Shown here: piece after piece, positions 1-13,439 of the stretch
Position numbering within the stretch: the stretch's first letter is position 1
Layout of the letters: each line of letters opens with the position of its first letter
Origin: Eledone cirrhosa
Lineage: Eukaryota
Length of the DNA: 64,000 nt
Reading direction: 5' to 3'
Assembly: GCA_964016885.1 (NCBI GenBank)
Contig: OZ024742.1
Location: 118,482,001 to 118,546,000 of the forward strand
Notes under the pieces: generated by a model
Seen by the model: the letters and a program-made list of their open reading frames with translations, nothing else
Databases searched by the model: none
What the model was told of the DNA's origin: nothing
Translations under genes and position numbers: made by a program

Positions 1-789
1 ACAGGCTTTCTGCAGATACATAATTTGGTCGACACCCGTGTATTGCCTGCGGGATGTCTAATGAGCAGACCGGTTCGGTCGGTCACAGTAGCTTGCATAG
101 GGTCCCTAAAGAAGTCAGGGTTCACCGGGGTAGTTACAGGCTCAGTGTTATCCTTGTCTGGAATATGTTGGGTTCTTCTAGAATTAGTCGGCCCCTGTCT
201 AAAGTTCCTACACGCTGTCCAGTCTCCGGTGGTAAAGCGACACTGGCCAGCACCATTGTTTCCACGCTGAAGTACTTCACTGTCTGCCCAATTTTGCGCC
301 CTGTGGTTGAGGACCCACAGGCATGGGTGGTTTACAGTGGCATTCGTTCTGTCTTGCGCATTGCGTTTCTTCAGCGCATACTGGGGAGATGCGGTCCCTG
401 CGTACATAATGATGCTAGACCCTATTTCTAGGTCCTGAGGTTTTCGGTGAGTATCTGTATTGTGCAACGGCGCCCACCTGCTGCTATTTATTCAGTTTTC
501 TCCTTCTCCAAGACTGGTTTTCGAATGCTCCTGGAGGGTACCACCACCGTAACATTTAGGATTTTAACTAATACGCTAACCATGGGCCGCCTTAGCTAAA
601 ATTTCATAATACTTCGCATTATTTTTGAAGATCACTTGGAGAATAGTTTATATGCAAACAAGAACCCAAGCCATTTTCCTAATTCAGTTTTAAATAATAG
701 TTACCTGAATTTTTGATGACGTAAAAACGTATTATGCAACTGTCATTTGAATTTCTACTTGGCGCACATTACATGACCAAATATCTCCA

Positions 790-890
790 AGGTTAACTTT
801 GCCTTTCATCCTTACGGGGTCGATAAAATAAAGTACCAGTAATGCGCTGGGTAATTGCTTGCCTTGTGCCAAAAAGTAGAAACAATTACA
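790..890 (+). mobile_element. tRNA-derived SINE, 3' half
   Basis: GGTTAACTTTGCCTTTCATCCTTACGGGGTCGATAAAATAAAGTACCAG...GCCTTGTGCCAAAAAGTAGAAACAATTA; this motif recurs more than ten times in the window. Confidence 0.85.
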
Positions 891-1354
891 TGACCAAATA
901 TCTCTTTACAAATTCATTTGGTATTTGTGGTAGCAACCGTTCAAAATATTTGTTGCTTTGTTCTGACACGTCTCTCATCACAAATATTGTGTGTTTTCCT
1001 ACTTCCTTAATGTTTTTTTTTCTTTCTTTCATATATTCTTTTTTTTTTTAAGCTCATATTCTGCAATCGTCTTTTTTTTTTGTTTTATATTCTGCAGTTA
1101 TTTTTCATTGCTTTATAACGTTAAATACACGGTCTCATAACATATTTGCTTTCCTATCTTAAATTTCATTATAGCTATCATTTCCACATATTTGACTCTT
1201 GCTGTTACATTTCATTGCTTCATATCGGCTCACACGCTTTCGCAGAATATTTCGTTTTTAAGAAATAATTGTTAATTGCTTTAACACAGGTAAACATGCT
1301 TTCAGTGTTTTTCTTTTCAAAATATTAAAATGATCACGGTGGCAGTAAAATAAC

Positions 1355-1480
1355 CACCACCATCTTGGCTACTAAGTGCAGTATAGGCACGCTGGTAATA
1401 AAGGAAGCCCTCTTGATTAAGCAACTAAAGCCCTCTACCAATAATAGAATGGAATGGAATGTGGCACAATGGCTAATCTA
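1355..1480 (+). mobile_element. Penelope-like GIY-YIG endonuclease C-terminal remnant
   Basis: Translates as TTILATKCSIGTLVIKEALLIKQLKPSTNNRMEW; EALLIKQLKPSxN is typical of the C-terminus of PLE GIY-YIG endonucleases. Confidence 0.55.
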
Positions 1481-2154
1481 ACTTGTCCAACCTAAATATA
1501 TCATCGTGCCATCATCCCAGCTGTCCGGTCTAACGAACGTTCGTTTCCTAGCCTAGTTTGGCACGACTAATGTTAGCAGCAGAGAAATTCCTAATTCGCT
1601 TTGAGTGGTCAGCTAGCAGACACTGTTGCAGACCAACTACATTTGCACACCTTTAATCCTTCATCCCTTAAAATCTGTTCTTCACTACACACACACAGTT
1701 ACATCCACGCAAATACGCACGCATATATCATACACATATCGCATACGCAAATAACACGAAACTTTAACGTTTTTTTTTATTCAAAATAAATCGACCAACC
1801 GCACACGACATTTCTGAGGTTTCTCACCGAGTTTCCCCCTTCACGAACTCCCCGGGAAATCCGAAAATATTTAGAATCACTAAAAATGTCCAATATAACT
1901 TTCTATCGTCCTCACTCTTTTATTTCACTCCCTTTTTATTCTTCTACTTTCTTTTTATTCTTCTACTTTCTTATTACCTTGCCATTTTTAACAAACGCGC
2001 ATTGTCGGGCTTCCAAATAACCAAACTTATTTCTTAATCGCATTTGTATCTCACATTCTACAATCCTTCAAGCAAACTACAACACCTAAATAATTTGTTA
2101 TTCAATAGTTACCTATCACATCTGCTTACTTCGCTTATTAAAAATACACTTGTT

Positions 2155-2900
2155 CTTCCCTTCTTCTTCGCCCACTTATTCCTGAGTGGGCTGTGTGGGA
2201 CGTGTCCGCATACACTCCTTCCAGCGGGTCCTGTCAGAAGCAACTATTTCCAACTGATCCGGCTGGATCCCCAAGCAAAACCAGCCGAGCTCATTGATGT
2301 TATCCAACCATCTTGCTACGGGGTCTACCACAGGGTTTCGCGCCGTTTGGTTTTGCCCGTAAAATCCGTCCAGCGATTCATTCCTGAGACATTCTAAACA
2401 CATGCCTGTAGTATCGGAGCTGTGATCTCTCAATTCGGTGAAGTAGTGGCTCTACTTGGAGCGACTGTCTAATCTCGGAGTTATTCACTCTATCGAGTAA
2501 CGTTACTCCAAAACCGCTTCTATTCGCGATCGTATTATTTTGGTCATTACCCAAGATTCATGACTATAGGCAAAGGTTGACATGAATTGACGATAGCGAG
2601 TTAGGCTTTTACACCTACCTCCCTTCTTACCGAATGCTGAAGCTGGCACATTGCTGCACCAGCTCCTGCAATTCTTGCACTTAATTCAGCCGCGAGTTTG
2701 AGAAAATTCTGGGTTGGTGACTGGTGCGAATAAGATCACCAAAACTGCAATATGATGAGAAATAATAAAAAGAATCATACCGCATCATCCTTCGCGTGGG
2801 TTAACAAGTGACGCCTTAGGTAGAGGAGCCTGTCCGAAAAATATATTGCAGTCTCTATTTCATACCGTAAAAACTGGCGGTGGGCCTGTCCTGGGAGGCG
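2155..2900 (-). mobile_element. RTE-type LINE 3' fragment, degenerate
   Basis: ORF 2176..2433 ends ARWLDNINELGWFCLGIQPDQLEIVASDRTRWKEC, an RTE-like C-terminus, followed by a GAA-type tail; homologous to 59630-60070. Confidence 0.7.
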
Positions 2901-2976
2901 TTGTATGACACACAAAGATCAACAATACACAATACATCGTAACATATGAGCTTCAAATCAGTTCCTGAATAACAAA

Positions 2977-3168
2977 TAATTGTTTCTACTTTTAGCACAA
3001 GGCCAGCAATTATCCCAGTATATTACTGGTACTTTATTTTATCGACCCCGTAAGGATGAAAGGCAAAGTTAACTTCGGCGGGATTTGAACTCAGACCATA
3101 AAGGGCCGTAACTCTTTGCTGCAAAGCATGGCATCCGACCCTCTACCGATACTGCCAATCCACCGCCC
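2977..3168 (-). mobile_element. Full-length tRNA-derived SINE
   Basis: Minus strand has A-box TGGCAGTATCGG, B-box GAGTTCAAATCC, the conserved central motif and the tail; flanked by a repeated CCTGAATAACAAATAAT (TSD-like). Confidence 0.9.
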
Positions 3169-3797
3169 TGAATAACAAATAATAACAAACCACAACATTT
3201 ATTATTCAGGCAAATATAATTCCTGTTTTCAGTTATTTTGAATTCAATTACTTCTTATCCATTCATTAGCACTTTCAGATGGCGAACCAATAAACACCAA
3301 CTACCATGAAGGCCAGATAACATTCCTAGGAATAACTAAAGCCCAAGTAATGATAATGAGCAACAGCACTTATCCAGACTGTTACTCATTCATGTAAATA
3401 TCATTCACGTCAACTAAGTTATGATTTCTAATATTTTTACATTTCAACTAGAATGGACAACAAACAGTTCAGACTATAGGCAACTATATCAGAGAAACCT
3501 TACTTTCTCGGCAGAAGGAATATGAAATTCAACTGACACTACAGTAAAGGTTAAACAAACTACACCCCCAACAATAAAATGATACTTATACAATAACTTT
3601 CTTAATATAACAACCACTCAAAACTTCAATATTAACAATATACAGCAATAGATTCAAAAACAAATATTCATTCGGGCGCATATGTTTTTTGTCGTTGTTT
3701 TTTACTTTTAAGTACATTAACTTTTTCATAATTAATATCAATGTTAATTTATTTCAAAATAATTATTGCTTCATTTATATTCATTAATACTTTCAGA

Positions 3798-4065
3798 TTG
3801 TGAATATATAATCATCCAGCAAGATGAAGAGCAAACAATACAGATTCACAAATCAAAGCGTGACAGATTGAATTATGATTGCAACTTGACTTGGGAACAT
3901 GGATCTACGAAACTGGCATTGTGTCCAATTCAACTCCAAAGCTTTGTGCTTGGAAGCAAATGTAATGGAATAGTCGTCAATAAGTGTTCTGTCACCAATA
4001 CTGCATTGTTTGCGAGCAGAGCATCTAACAGCTTGGACAATACTTGGCTTCACTTACGCCTGTAA
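3798..4065 (+). CDS. Candidate host exon, cysteine-containing, loosely CUB-like
   Basis: Acceptor tactttcag followed by an open frame DCEYIIIQQ...NYDCNLTWEHGSTKLALCPIQLQSFVLGSKC. No clear donor or homology established. Confidence 0.3.
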
Positions 4066-7000
4066 AGCATTTGGGATAGTTATGAAAGTCACACTGCTTA
4101 TTTCTAAACATTAAGAGTTTTGTGTGTAGTTAAAAAGAATAGTAGCAATGAATGGGTTATTGTACATTTTCGAATATGACCTGCAATACAAAATCATCTC
4201 TACCATCGTAAATAGATGCTGTAGTTGTCAAACCATTGGTTTGACAACTACATGCTTAAAAGAAAATATACAGCACTAATTCCTTTAAAATACAAATGTA
4301 TTTCAGAAATAGCTCGATTCATTATGATTGTATCCATAGAAACGATAATGATGTGATTTCCAAAGATACTGCTATTCGGATGACACTTGATAACATCTGA
4401 AAATGAAATCGCCAAATACCAAACGTTTTATTACACAATTGGCAATACAATTTTCAAAAGCAATCTATTTGTTTGTCTTTTGTTTTTACTTTCGTAGTTT
4501 CGAAGATTTAAGGATGTTTTTTTTTTCTCTTATAATGAAGAGAGCCATATAACTATTTGTAAATGACAATACAATTGTCAAAATGAAGGATGTTTAAAAG
4601 GAATAAATCTTTTGTTTAAATGTCATCAACGCTACATTCTAAAATGTAAGATTTGAGGTCAAGGCTTTATAAACAACTGTTTTTAATAAATATGCGGTCT
4701 TTAGAATATGAAATATAAGACAATATTTTCTGTATTCAACAGTTAATGGCTCTAAAGCGAAATGTAAGATTCTAGTAAGTGGACTTTGATACGTTTTCAC
4801 TGTTAATGATTGTTAGAAGAGAATAAATGAAATAACTTCATATTTATTTGAAATAAAATGTCGATGAATGCAAATTTTTAGAGATATTATAAGCAAGGGG
4901 GTTCTATTCATTTTCAACCATATAATTCTTTTTATCCATATCTTTAGATTATATCCTTGTCATTATATGAATAACACTTGAGGAACAAAACAAAATCAAA
5001 CTCTTCCGATGTGTCTAATTTTGTTGCATAGATTTTTCTAATGGGAGTGTTTAGACCTACCATTGCAAACTAACAAAACAGTCATAGGTTATTTAATGAC
5101 TATATATTGTAGCAGTGAATTATAATTCCTCGTATATTTGTTATGTATAGAATACTATTCTAGTGACATATTGTTAGTCTTCCCTTGAGCATTAGACGGT
5201 TAGCTAATCAATCGGCTGGTTGCAAATTTGCATATAAAAATAGTCTAGCTATTATTATAAACGAAAGAATAGAAATAACACTTTTCAGTGTAACTGTTGA
5301 AAACGACTAGATGATAAATTAATTTTCAAAACAATATTGAGTAATCAATTTATTTGTAATTAGTCAGAATTCCCAACTGATTTCTTGCATAGGCTTAAAA
5401 CCACACTGGCGTAGTGAAGTCGACTAAATCGTCGCCAGTAATGGTGCTACAGAGCCTGGAAGGAGTTCAACTCAGTCTGCTGAGAACGAGCCTAAACAAC
5501 TAAGTTTACGTTCCCTCTCACATTAAATATTTGACTTAATATTAACCAAAATGTTACCAATTGAAAACATGACCACTCCTGAAATAAATTTTGCGTGAAT
5601 ATTTCTATTACATTTCGTCATTTGTATGGTTAACTGTTTTCATTTTCCATATGATCTATAGCTTGTCTAACATAGAAATCTCATGTAGTAATATCCAGAA
5701 AACATACAAATATTGTTTTGTTTTTTTTTAAGTACGAGAAAAAATTGAACATGTTTGAAGTGAAAAAACGTGACAAAATTAGTGGCGCCTCTAAAGTGAG
5801 AGAAGGATATGTTATATGTCAGATTGAAGGTAGTGATGTACTAAGCATTTAGTTCAACGTTCAACCATCCTAACAAGTGATTATAATTCAAACGACTTGA
5901 ATGTATGAATGAAGTGTTTCACACAAGCTTACCTAGTTTTGTATACATAGTTTATTTGTGTATGTGTGTACAGGTTTATGTATATATATAGATATGCATC
6001 TCAGTGCTATGTTTGGGTGTTTTACTTTTTTTGTACCCAATGACAGAATTCTTGAATTTGGAAGGTCAAAGTTAAAATATCTTCTTAAGAAATTAATCTT
6101 ATTTCTCAGCAACAAGTGTGCTTTTCTCTTCCACTGTTCTACCTTAAATTTTTATTTTATTTCTTCTTTTCTTTCTTACTGGTATATTTCTTTTTTATCT
6201 CTGTCCTTCTTTTCTTTCTTTAATTATTTATCTATTTGCTCTTTTTTATTCATCATAATCAAGTAAAAATATTGATTTCTTTTAACTACACATAAGATAT
6301 AGAGGGAATTGACAGCTGAGGTATTAATATTAAATATTTGATTTATATCACATTCCCCATAAAATACGAACATTAGTGAGTATTAAAGGGAAATGTCGTC
6401 AATTGCAACAATATCGGTTGAAAATAATAAAATAAGAAGAAATAACAATCACTTGTTCTACTGTGAAATAGACACAGTCGATTGGACAATCTTCTATATA
6501 TTACTAGTGGTTATTTTATCAAGAGCGGGTGGGTAAAGAGCAAACCTAACTTGGTTGCACCTTGGTTTAGGACGATACTGGTAATTTTTTTAAGTTAGGT
6601 TGCCTTACTCTTCGGGATTGATCGCAGACGTTTCTCCACTAGGAATTATTTACAGAGACACTTGAACTAAAGTATTGAAATAAAGAATTGCAATACGTTC
6701 GCAAAAATTCCTTTGTTAAGAGCGATTGAAAGCACGGCTGCTATTTATGAGGTGAAAGAACTTACAAGTCATGCAATTTATGAAAGCAACCCTTGCAATC
6801 CTCATGATCATTTGGCAAGAATTATAGTTGAAAGTGACCCTAGTTATTAACACTTGCCTGTATAATTGCAACGCAAGTGTTGAATGCGAAGCATCTCGTG
6901 GTTGGAGATACACTACTATACAATTAATCATCTCTGGTAATTTATAAGTAAAAGGTATTTGCTGCTATGTGTTATAAGCATAAAATTTTCTTAGCTCTAA

Positions 7001-7975
7001 TTGCCAAAATATAGGAGGAGTAAAGGTTGTTATGTTCCTCCTGCTTTCTGTGGGGGTGGTAGATATGTTAGTGAAATGAATTGGCTTTATGCAGAAATTA
7101 ATATTGTTCACCAAGAATATACGTTTTTTTTTCTACAAAGCACCTTGCGTATTTTCATGACTTAAGGTGACGATGTTTCAGCTTCCGATTGTGAGACACA
7201 ATCATATATTCTTTCTTCATTATTTCTTTATCAACTGTTTAATTTACTCGATTCACTGGAATGTATACTTTTACTATGGTAGCACGTGTAAGTAGGAGGA
7301 ATATTACCAACTGTTTCTCTTATTGTTGTGGCTGAGATTAATGATCGCAATATGAATTAACTATTTGTGTCTAGAGCTATAACTATGCGTTGATATTAAC
7401 ATCGACTTAGATTTCTAAGAGTTTCATAAATAAAGCTGGCGCCAGGAAATTGTGAATCGAGTATATGATGCATGTCAAATTAATTGAGCTTGATAGATAA
7501 GAATACTAAGGCCTGAGATTAGAGACAGTCAGATAAAAGGAGAGAATAAGAGGTACATACATATTTATATTATATATTGTGTGTGGGTGGTGCGTAAGTG
7601 TGGATGTACGTGTGTGCAACGTCATTTATACATGAATGCATATATTTTGCTTGATTTTAGTTGTGTAGATGTAGCCAGAGGGAGAGCAAGAAAATACAGG
7701 AAAAGAGAATTAAGAAAATGAAAGAGCAACAGCGTAAAAAGAGACAGTGTGTAACATTTGCTTTTTATTGGTTACAGTGATCAGTCTGTAGCTATGTTAA
7801 GGAACCGCTCTGGAGAGTTTTAGTTGATCTTATCGTCCTCTGTATTTATTTCAGTCTGGTGCAGATTTTCTCGATCTTTATTTGTCGAGCAGCATTACAT
7901 GAAGAACATTAATATTTAGACAGATGTAAACATACATTCACTCACACACATACACATAGACACACACGCGCACAC

Positions 7976-8052
<77 letters not shown>

Positions 8053-8055
8053 CAC

Positions 8056-8094
<39 letters not shown>

Positions 8095-8456
8095 CATATA
8101 TATATGGCGCAAGAAGAACAAAAACCTGTTGAGAAAGCGATGTTTGTTCGATCATTATACCAAAACCTTATTTTTTATAAGCAGACAGTATTATTGATTT
8201 AGGTGTTGCAGAAACCCAATTTCGGACTATTCCATCTTCCCCGAGGGTCATATCTCATTTTGTTTGACCCGTTTAGCTTGTTCGCTTTTTTGGCTATGGT
8301 GGTTAATGGCTTCTTAACTATCGTCTCAGCGTGTATGACCATTTTCACTTATGTTTATAGCTCTGGTATCATCTTCATATCCATGGAGCGCTTGTCTGCA
8401 CAATATGGAAGTTGCGTTTCGCTAATTTCTACCCGCCGAAATGCGATTCTCGCTAA

Positions 8457-8510
<54 letters not shown>

Positions 8511-8625
8511 AATTGGGGACAACGACGACTGAGCTCCTGCCCTTTTGACAGCTAGATCCAAACGGCACCTTTGGATCTAGCTGTTGAAGTGGCCAGAGGT
8601 CAGCCGTTGGGGTCCTGACTCTCTT

Positions 8626-8627
<2 letters not shown>
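8511..8627 (+). mobile_element. Short fold-back fragment of a PLE terminal repeat (degenerate HHR 3' half)
   Basis: TAGCTGTTGAAGTGGC...AGCCGTTGGGGTCCT resembles TAGCCGTCGAAACGGC...AGCCGTCGGGGTCCT at 26464-26502; preceded by its own inverted copy (ACAGCTAGATCCAAA/TTTGGATCTAGCTGT). Confidence 0.55.
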
Positions 8628-8665
<38 letters not shown>

Positions 8666-8707
8666 GGGGGGCATAAGTGTGTGTATGTATATAGGTATAT
8701 ATATATT

Positions 8708-8741
<34 letters not shown>

Positions 8742-8751
8742 TGGATATATA

Positions 8752-9528
8752 TGTGGGGCTTAGTAAAATCGAAGCTTTGGCTGTGGGCAAGCAAAGTCGA
8801 CCTACAATATGAATGAGTTAGCAAAGCACTCGATAAGGGTAGGTCCTTATAGTAACAACATACGTTTAAATAGCTTGACAAATTGAACATTGTGGTAGGC
8901 AAAACCTAACACACAATACCAGAGCAATGAAAAAACTAACAGGTTAAAAAAGATACACCTGGACAAATTAAACGATATACGTTCAAAGTGTTTCTGTGAA
9001 ACCGAAATCAAATATCTGACGTACGTAACAAGCACGCTCGTGGTATTCCATGATCGAACAGAGGATTCATTTCATCAACAGGAGTTCCGTTCTTTCCAAA
9101 ACCAAGGTGGATTTTATATGCTGCCGCTATGAGCGAGCTGAACGCACATTTATTTATCACGTGTTATTTCCAACAAGGGAAGCAACCCTCGGTTTTGGCT
9201 GGTAGATTCGAAGTGTTAAACAAAGGAAATATTATAATTTCCGCAAACATTCAGAATAAAAGCTCTCAACCAGATGTTATTAAACAAACACAAATAATTA
9301 ACCAATCAACAGAATTGTCTAATTAAATTAATTAGTTAATTATTCAATCTAGGAGAAAATAATACATGTGGGGGCTTAGTAAAATCGAAGGTTTGACTGT
9401 GGCCAAGCAAAGTCGACCTACAAATGAATGAGTTAGCAAAGCACTCAATAAAGGTCGGTACTTGGAGTAATAACATACGTTTAAATAGCTTGACAAATTG
9501 AACATTGTGGTAGGCAAAACCTAACACA
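8752..9528 (+). mobile_element. Small internally deleted LTR element (TRIM-like, Gypsy-derived)
   Basis: ~160 bp direct repeats 8752-8913 and 9367-9528 with TG...CA ends; degenerate PBS-like CAATACCAGAGC; purine tract AGGAGAAAA before the 3' LTR; internal remnant RSKCFCETEIKYLTYVTS resembles the Gypsy RT KC.F...EI.YLG motif. Confidence 0.6.
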
Positions 9529-9545
9529 CGCATATATATATATTT

Positions 9546-9607
<62 letters not shown>

Positions 9608-9675
9608 GCATATATATATTTATATATACATATATATATATATATATACGCATATATATATTTATATATACATAT

Positions 9676-10292
9676 ACGGCTCAGAAATATTTTTTTCTTT
9701 GAGCTATTTCATTGTAAAGGAATGCTTGAGTTTTGAACTCAATACACTTAATATAATTGCTCCTTACGTTGAGCTGATAGTAGCCCCATATATACGGCTG
9801 TTATTTCTAGTAGTACGAGTATGAGGCTGGCTAGAAACTGTAAAACTATGTGCGTTAAACAGTCTTTTAAAATATTTAGAAGTGAAGCATATCAATTTGT
9901 TCAGGGTGTTTACTGATGTGAGCTGGACAGGATATCCTTACACTTATTAATCTCGAAACATATTCGGATTTTAAAGTTTAGACTTATCTACGGAACAGGT
10001 TTAATTTTGAAATTTAAATTTGTCTAAACACCATGCCCATTTGCCAATATTGTTTGTTTTTATTGATTTATTATTTTAAATCGATATAGGCAAACTGTAA
10101 TATTATAATTAGTATATTTCATTCTAGCTAACTTAATTTCTTTTACAATATAAACACAGATATGTTGGTATTTGTGTTTCATCATATATATTAATTTATA
10201 TTTACTTGTATTAGACGGCTCAGAAATATTTTTTTCTTTGAGCTATTTCATTGTAAAGGAATGCTTGAGTTTTGAACTCAATACACTTAATA
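9676..10292 (+). mobile_element. PLE-like terminal repeat unit in partial tandem, with degenerate hammerhead
   Basis: ~77 bp direct repeat at 9676 and 10215; internal CTGATAG-TAGCC...GGCTA-GAAA-CTGT...ACAG-TC motif at ~9775-9865; related sequence in reverse at 19610-19675. Confidence 0.45.
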
Positions 10293-10320
10293 TATATATA
10301 TATATATACATATATATATT

Positions 10321-10398
<78 letters not shown>

Positions 10399-10429
10399 TG
10401 TATATATAAATATATACATATATGTATAC

Positions 10430-10487
10430 GTTATAATAAACGTCCGCTAAACTGATACGTACATATATATATATGTACTTGTATGTA

Positions 10488-10520
<33 letters not shown>

Positions 10521-10632
10521 GCATACTACTGTACGTCTGTATACATATATGTATGTACGTATACATAAATACTTACATTTAAGTAAGTGCCGTACTAAGA
10601 GTGAGAAATGAAATTTCGTTTCATTCTATTTC
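10430..10632 (+). mobile_element. Diverged partial copy of the 15347-16640 HHR repeat family
   Basis: CATACTACTGTACGTCTGTATACATATATGTATGTACG...CCGTACTAAGAGTGAGAAATGAAATTTCGTT matches 15360-15460 in reverse. Confidence 0.7.
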
Positions 10633-10796
10633 AACTTATATATACATACATATATATATATTATATATATATATATTTATATATTTATATATACATATAT
10701 ATATATATATTATTTATATATATATATTTATATATACATATATATATAAATATATTATATATATATATATTTATATATACACATATATATATATAT

Positions 10797-10866
<70 letters not shown>

Positions 10867-10980
10867 ATAAATTAACGGAGGCATAGGCCGTCGTTATTCC
10901 CTGTAAATAATGTGCTCAAAGGGATATATATATATTATATATTTATATATATATATATATTGTATATACATATATATATA

Positions 10981-11099
<119 letters not shown>

Positions 11100-11114
11100 C
11101 ATATATATATATAT

Positions 11115-12250
<1,136 letters not shown>

Positions 12251-12409
12251 AAGGTTTACACGCGCGCGCGTGTATGTGTGTGTGTGTGTGTTTTTGTGTG
12301 TGTGTATGTATTTGTGTGTGCGTATATACATGTATGTGTATGTCCGTCGGCGCATACGTATGTACTGGCCTAAATCTTCACTATTTACTTTTACTATTTT
12401 AAGGCAAAG

Positions 12410-12522
12410 TTAAAATCCCGTCGAGGTTAACTTTGCCTCTCATCCTTACGGGGTTGATAAAATAAAGTACCAGTAATGTACTGGGTAATTGCTGGCCTTC
12501 TGCCAAAAGTAGAAACAACTAT
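12410..12522 (+). mobile_element. tRNA-derived SINE, 3' part
   Basis: AAATCCCGTCGAGGTTAACTTTGCCTCTCATCCTTACGGGG...AAAAGTAGAAACAA. Confidence 0.85.
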
Positions 12523-12904
12523 TTTAATAACCTTTGTCATTTTCGTTTACAATTTTATTTACATCATTCTTAAACTCCAGGGCTGGAAATCATTCGGTTA
12601 TTTTAAATAGAATATTAGTCTAACGACTCCATTTATACCATAAACTTGGTCTCGTCTTTGCATGACATTGTTCTTCTCGGTCCACATAACGACATATTAT
12701 CCTCGTTTTTTCCGTTCATTACCACGGAACGTCTTCACGAACCAAAATATCGTCTTCCTGTTTTCCTTCGGTTGCAACGTTTCTCGAAATATTTAATTCT
12801 GCGTTCACAGATTGAATTTTTTAGTTTAAGAAAATCCCGTTAATGTTGAAAGCAGCGATTCTTTGCTTAAACTTTCTTTCATTCTCAACCCTCTCCCGTT
12901 TTTC

Positions 12905-13070
12905 TCATACCCTCTCTCTCTCTCTCTTTCTCTCTCTTTCGCTCATACCGCCTCTCTCTCTCTCTTCCTCTACAGAATGGAGAACAATAAAGAACGCGCA
13001 GATCTCTCTCTGTCTCTCTCTCTCTCACTCTGTCTTTATATATATATGTGTTTGTGTGTGTGTGTGTGTG
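12905..13070. repeat. (CT)n and (GT)n microsatellites
   Basis: Seen directly in the sequence. Confidence 0.85.
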
Positions 13071-13394
13071 AACTAGCGTTCGACGCCTTTATTTCTTTGT
13101 TTTATTCATGACTCTTGTGCTATAAGAGGTACCAAATTTTTTTCCATGACGTCACATAAAATTCTGTGTGTATTGGTTATAGCTTAATTGCTATGAATTA
13201 ATGTTTTGTCTATCGTTTCTTACTCCACTGAACAGCGTTTGACTTGTGTCAGACGCTGTGACCCTGGGTGGACCAGCAGTACCGTTGGTAGGATTCGAAA
13301 TTGTCAAAGTCCATCTAAACGACCGATGATATTGTTTTTCGTTTTGCTTTATTTCTGTTCATTTTCTTGTCTTCTGTTTGTTAATTTTCTTGTT

Positions 13395-13435
<41 letters not shown>

Positions 13436-13439
<4 letters not shown>

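Noticed and set aside
1-480. GC-richer segment with 81 and 125 aa ORFs
   Set aside because: No recognisable motif in the frames I read; probably a transposon remnant cut by the window edge.
2977-3168. tRNA gene
   Set aside because: The A/B boxes belong to a SINE head; no cloverleaf is evident.
8200-8250. Minus-strand GGAAGA-TGGAATAGTCC-GAAA hammerhead-like motif
   Set aside because: The CUGA core is absent and there is no convincing stem I or cleavage triplet.
13220-13320. Hairpin CAGCGTTTGAC-TTGT-GTCAGACGCTG with nearby CTGA and GAAA
   Set aside because: The motifs cannot be arranged into a valid hammerhead topology.
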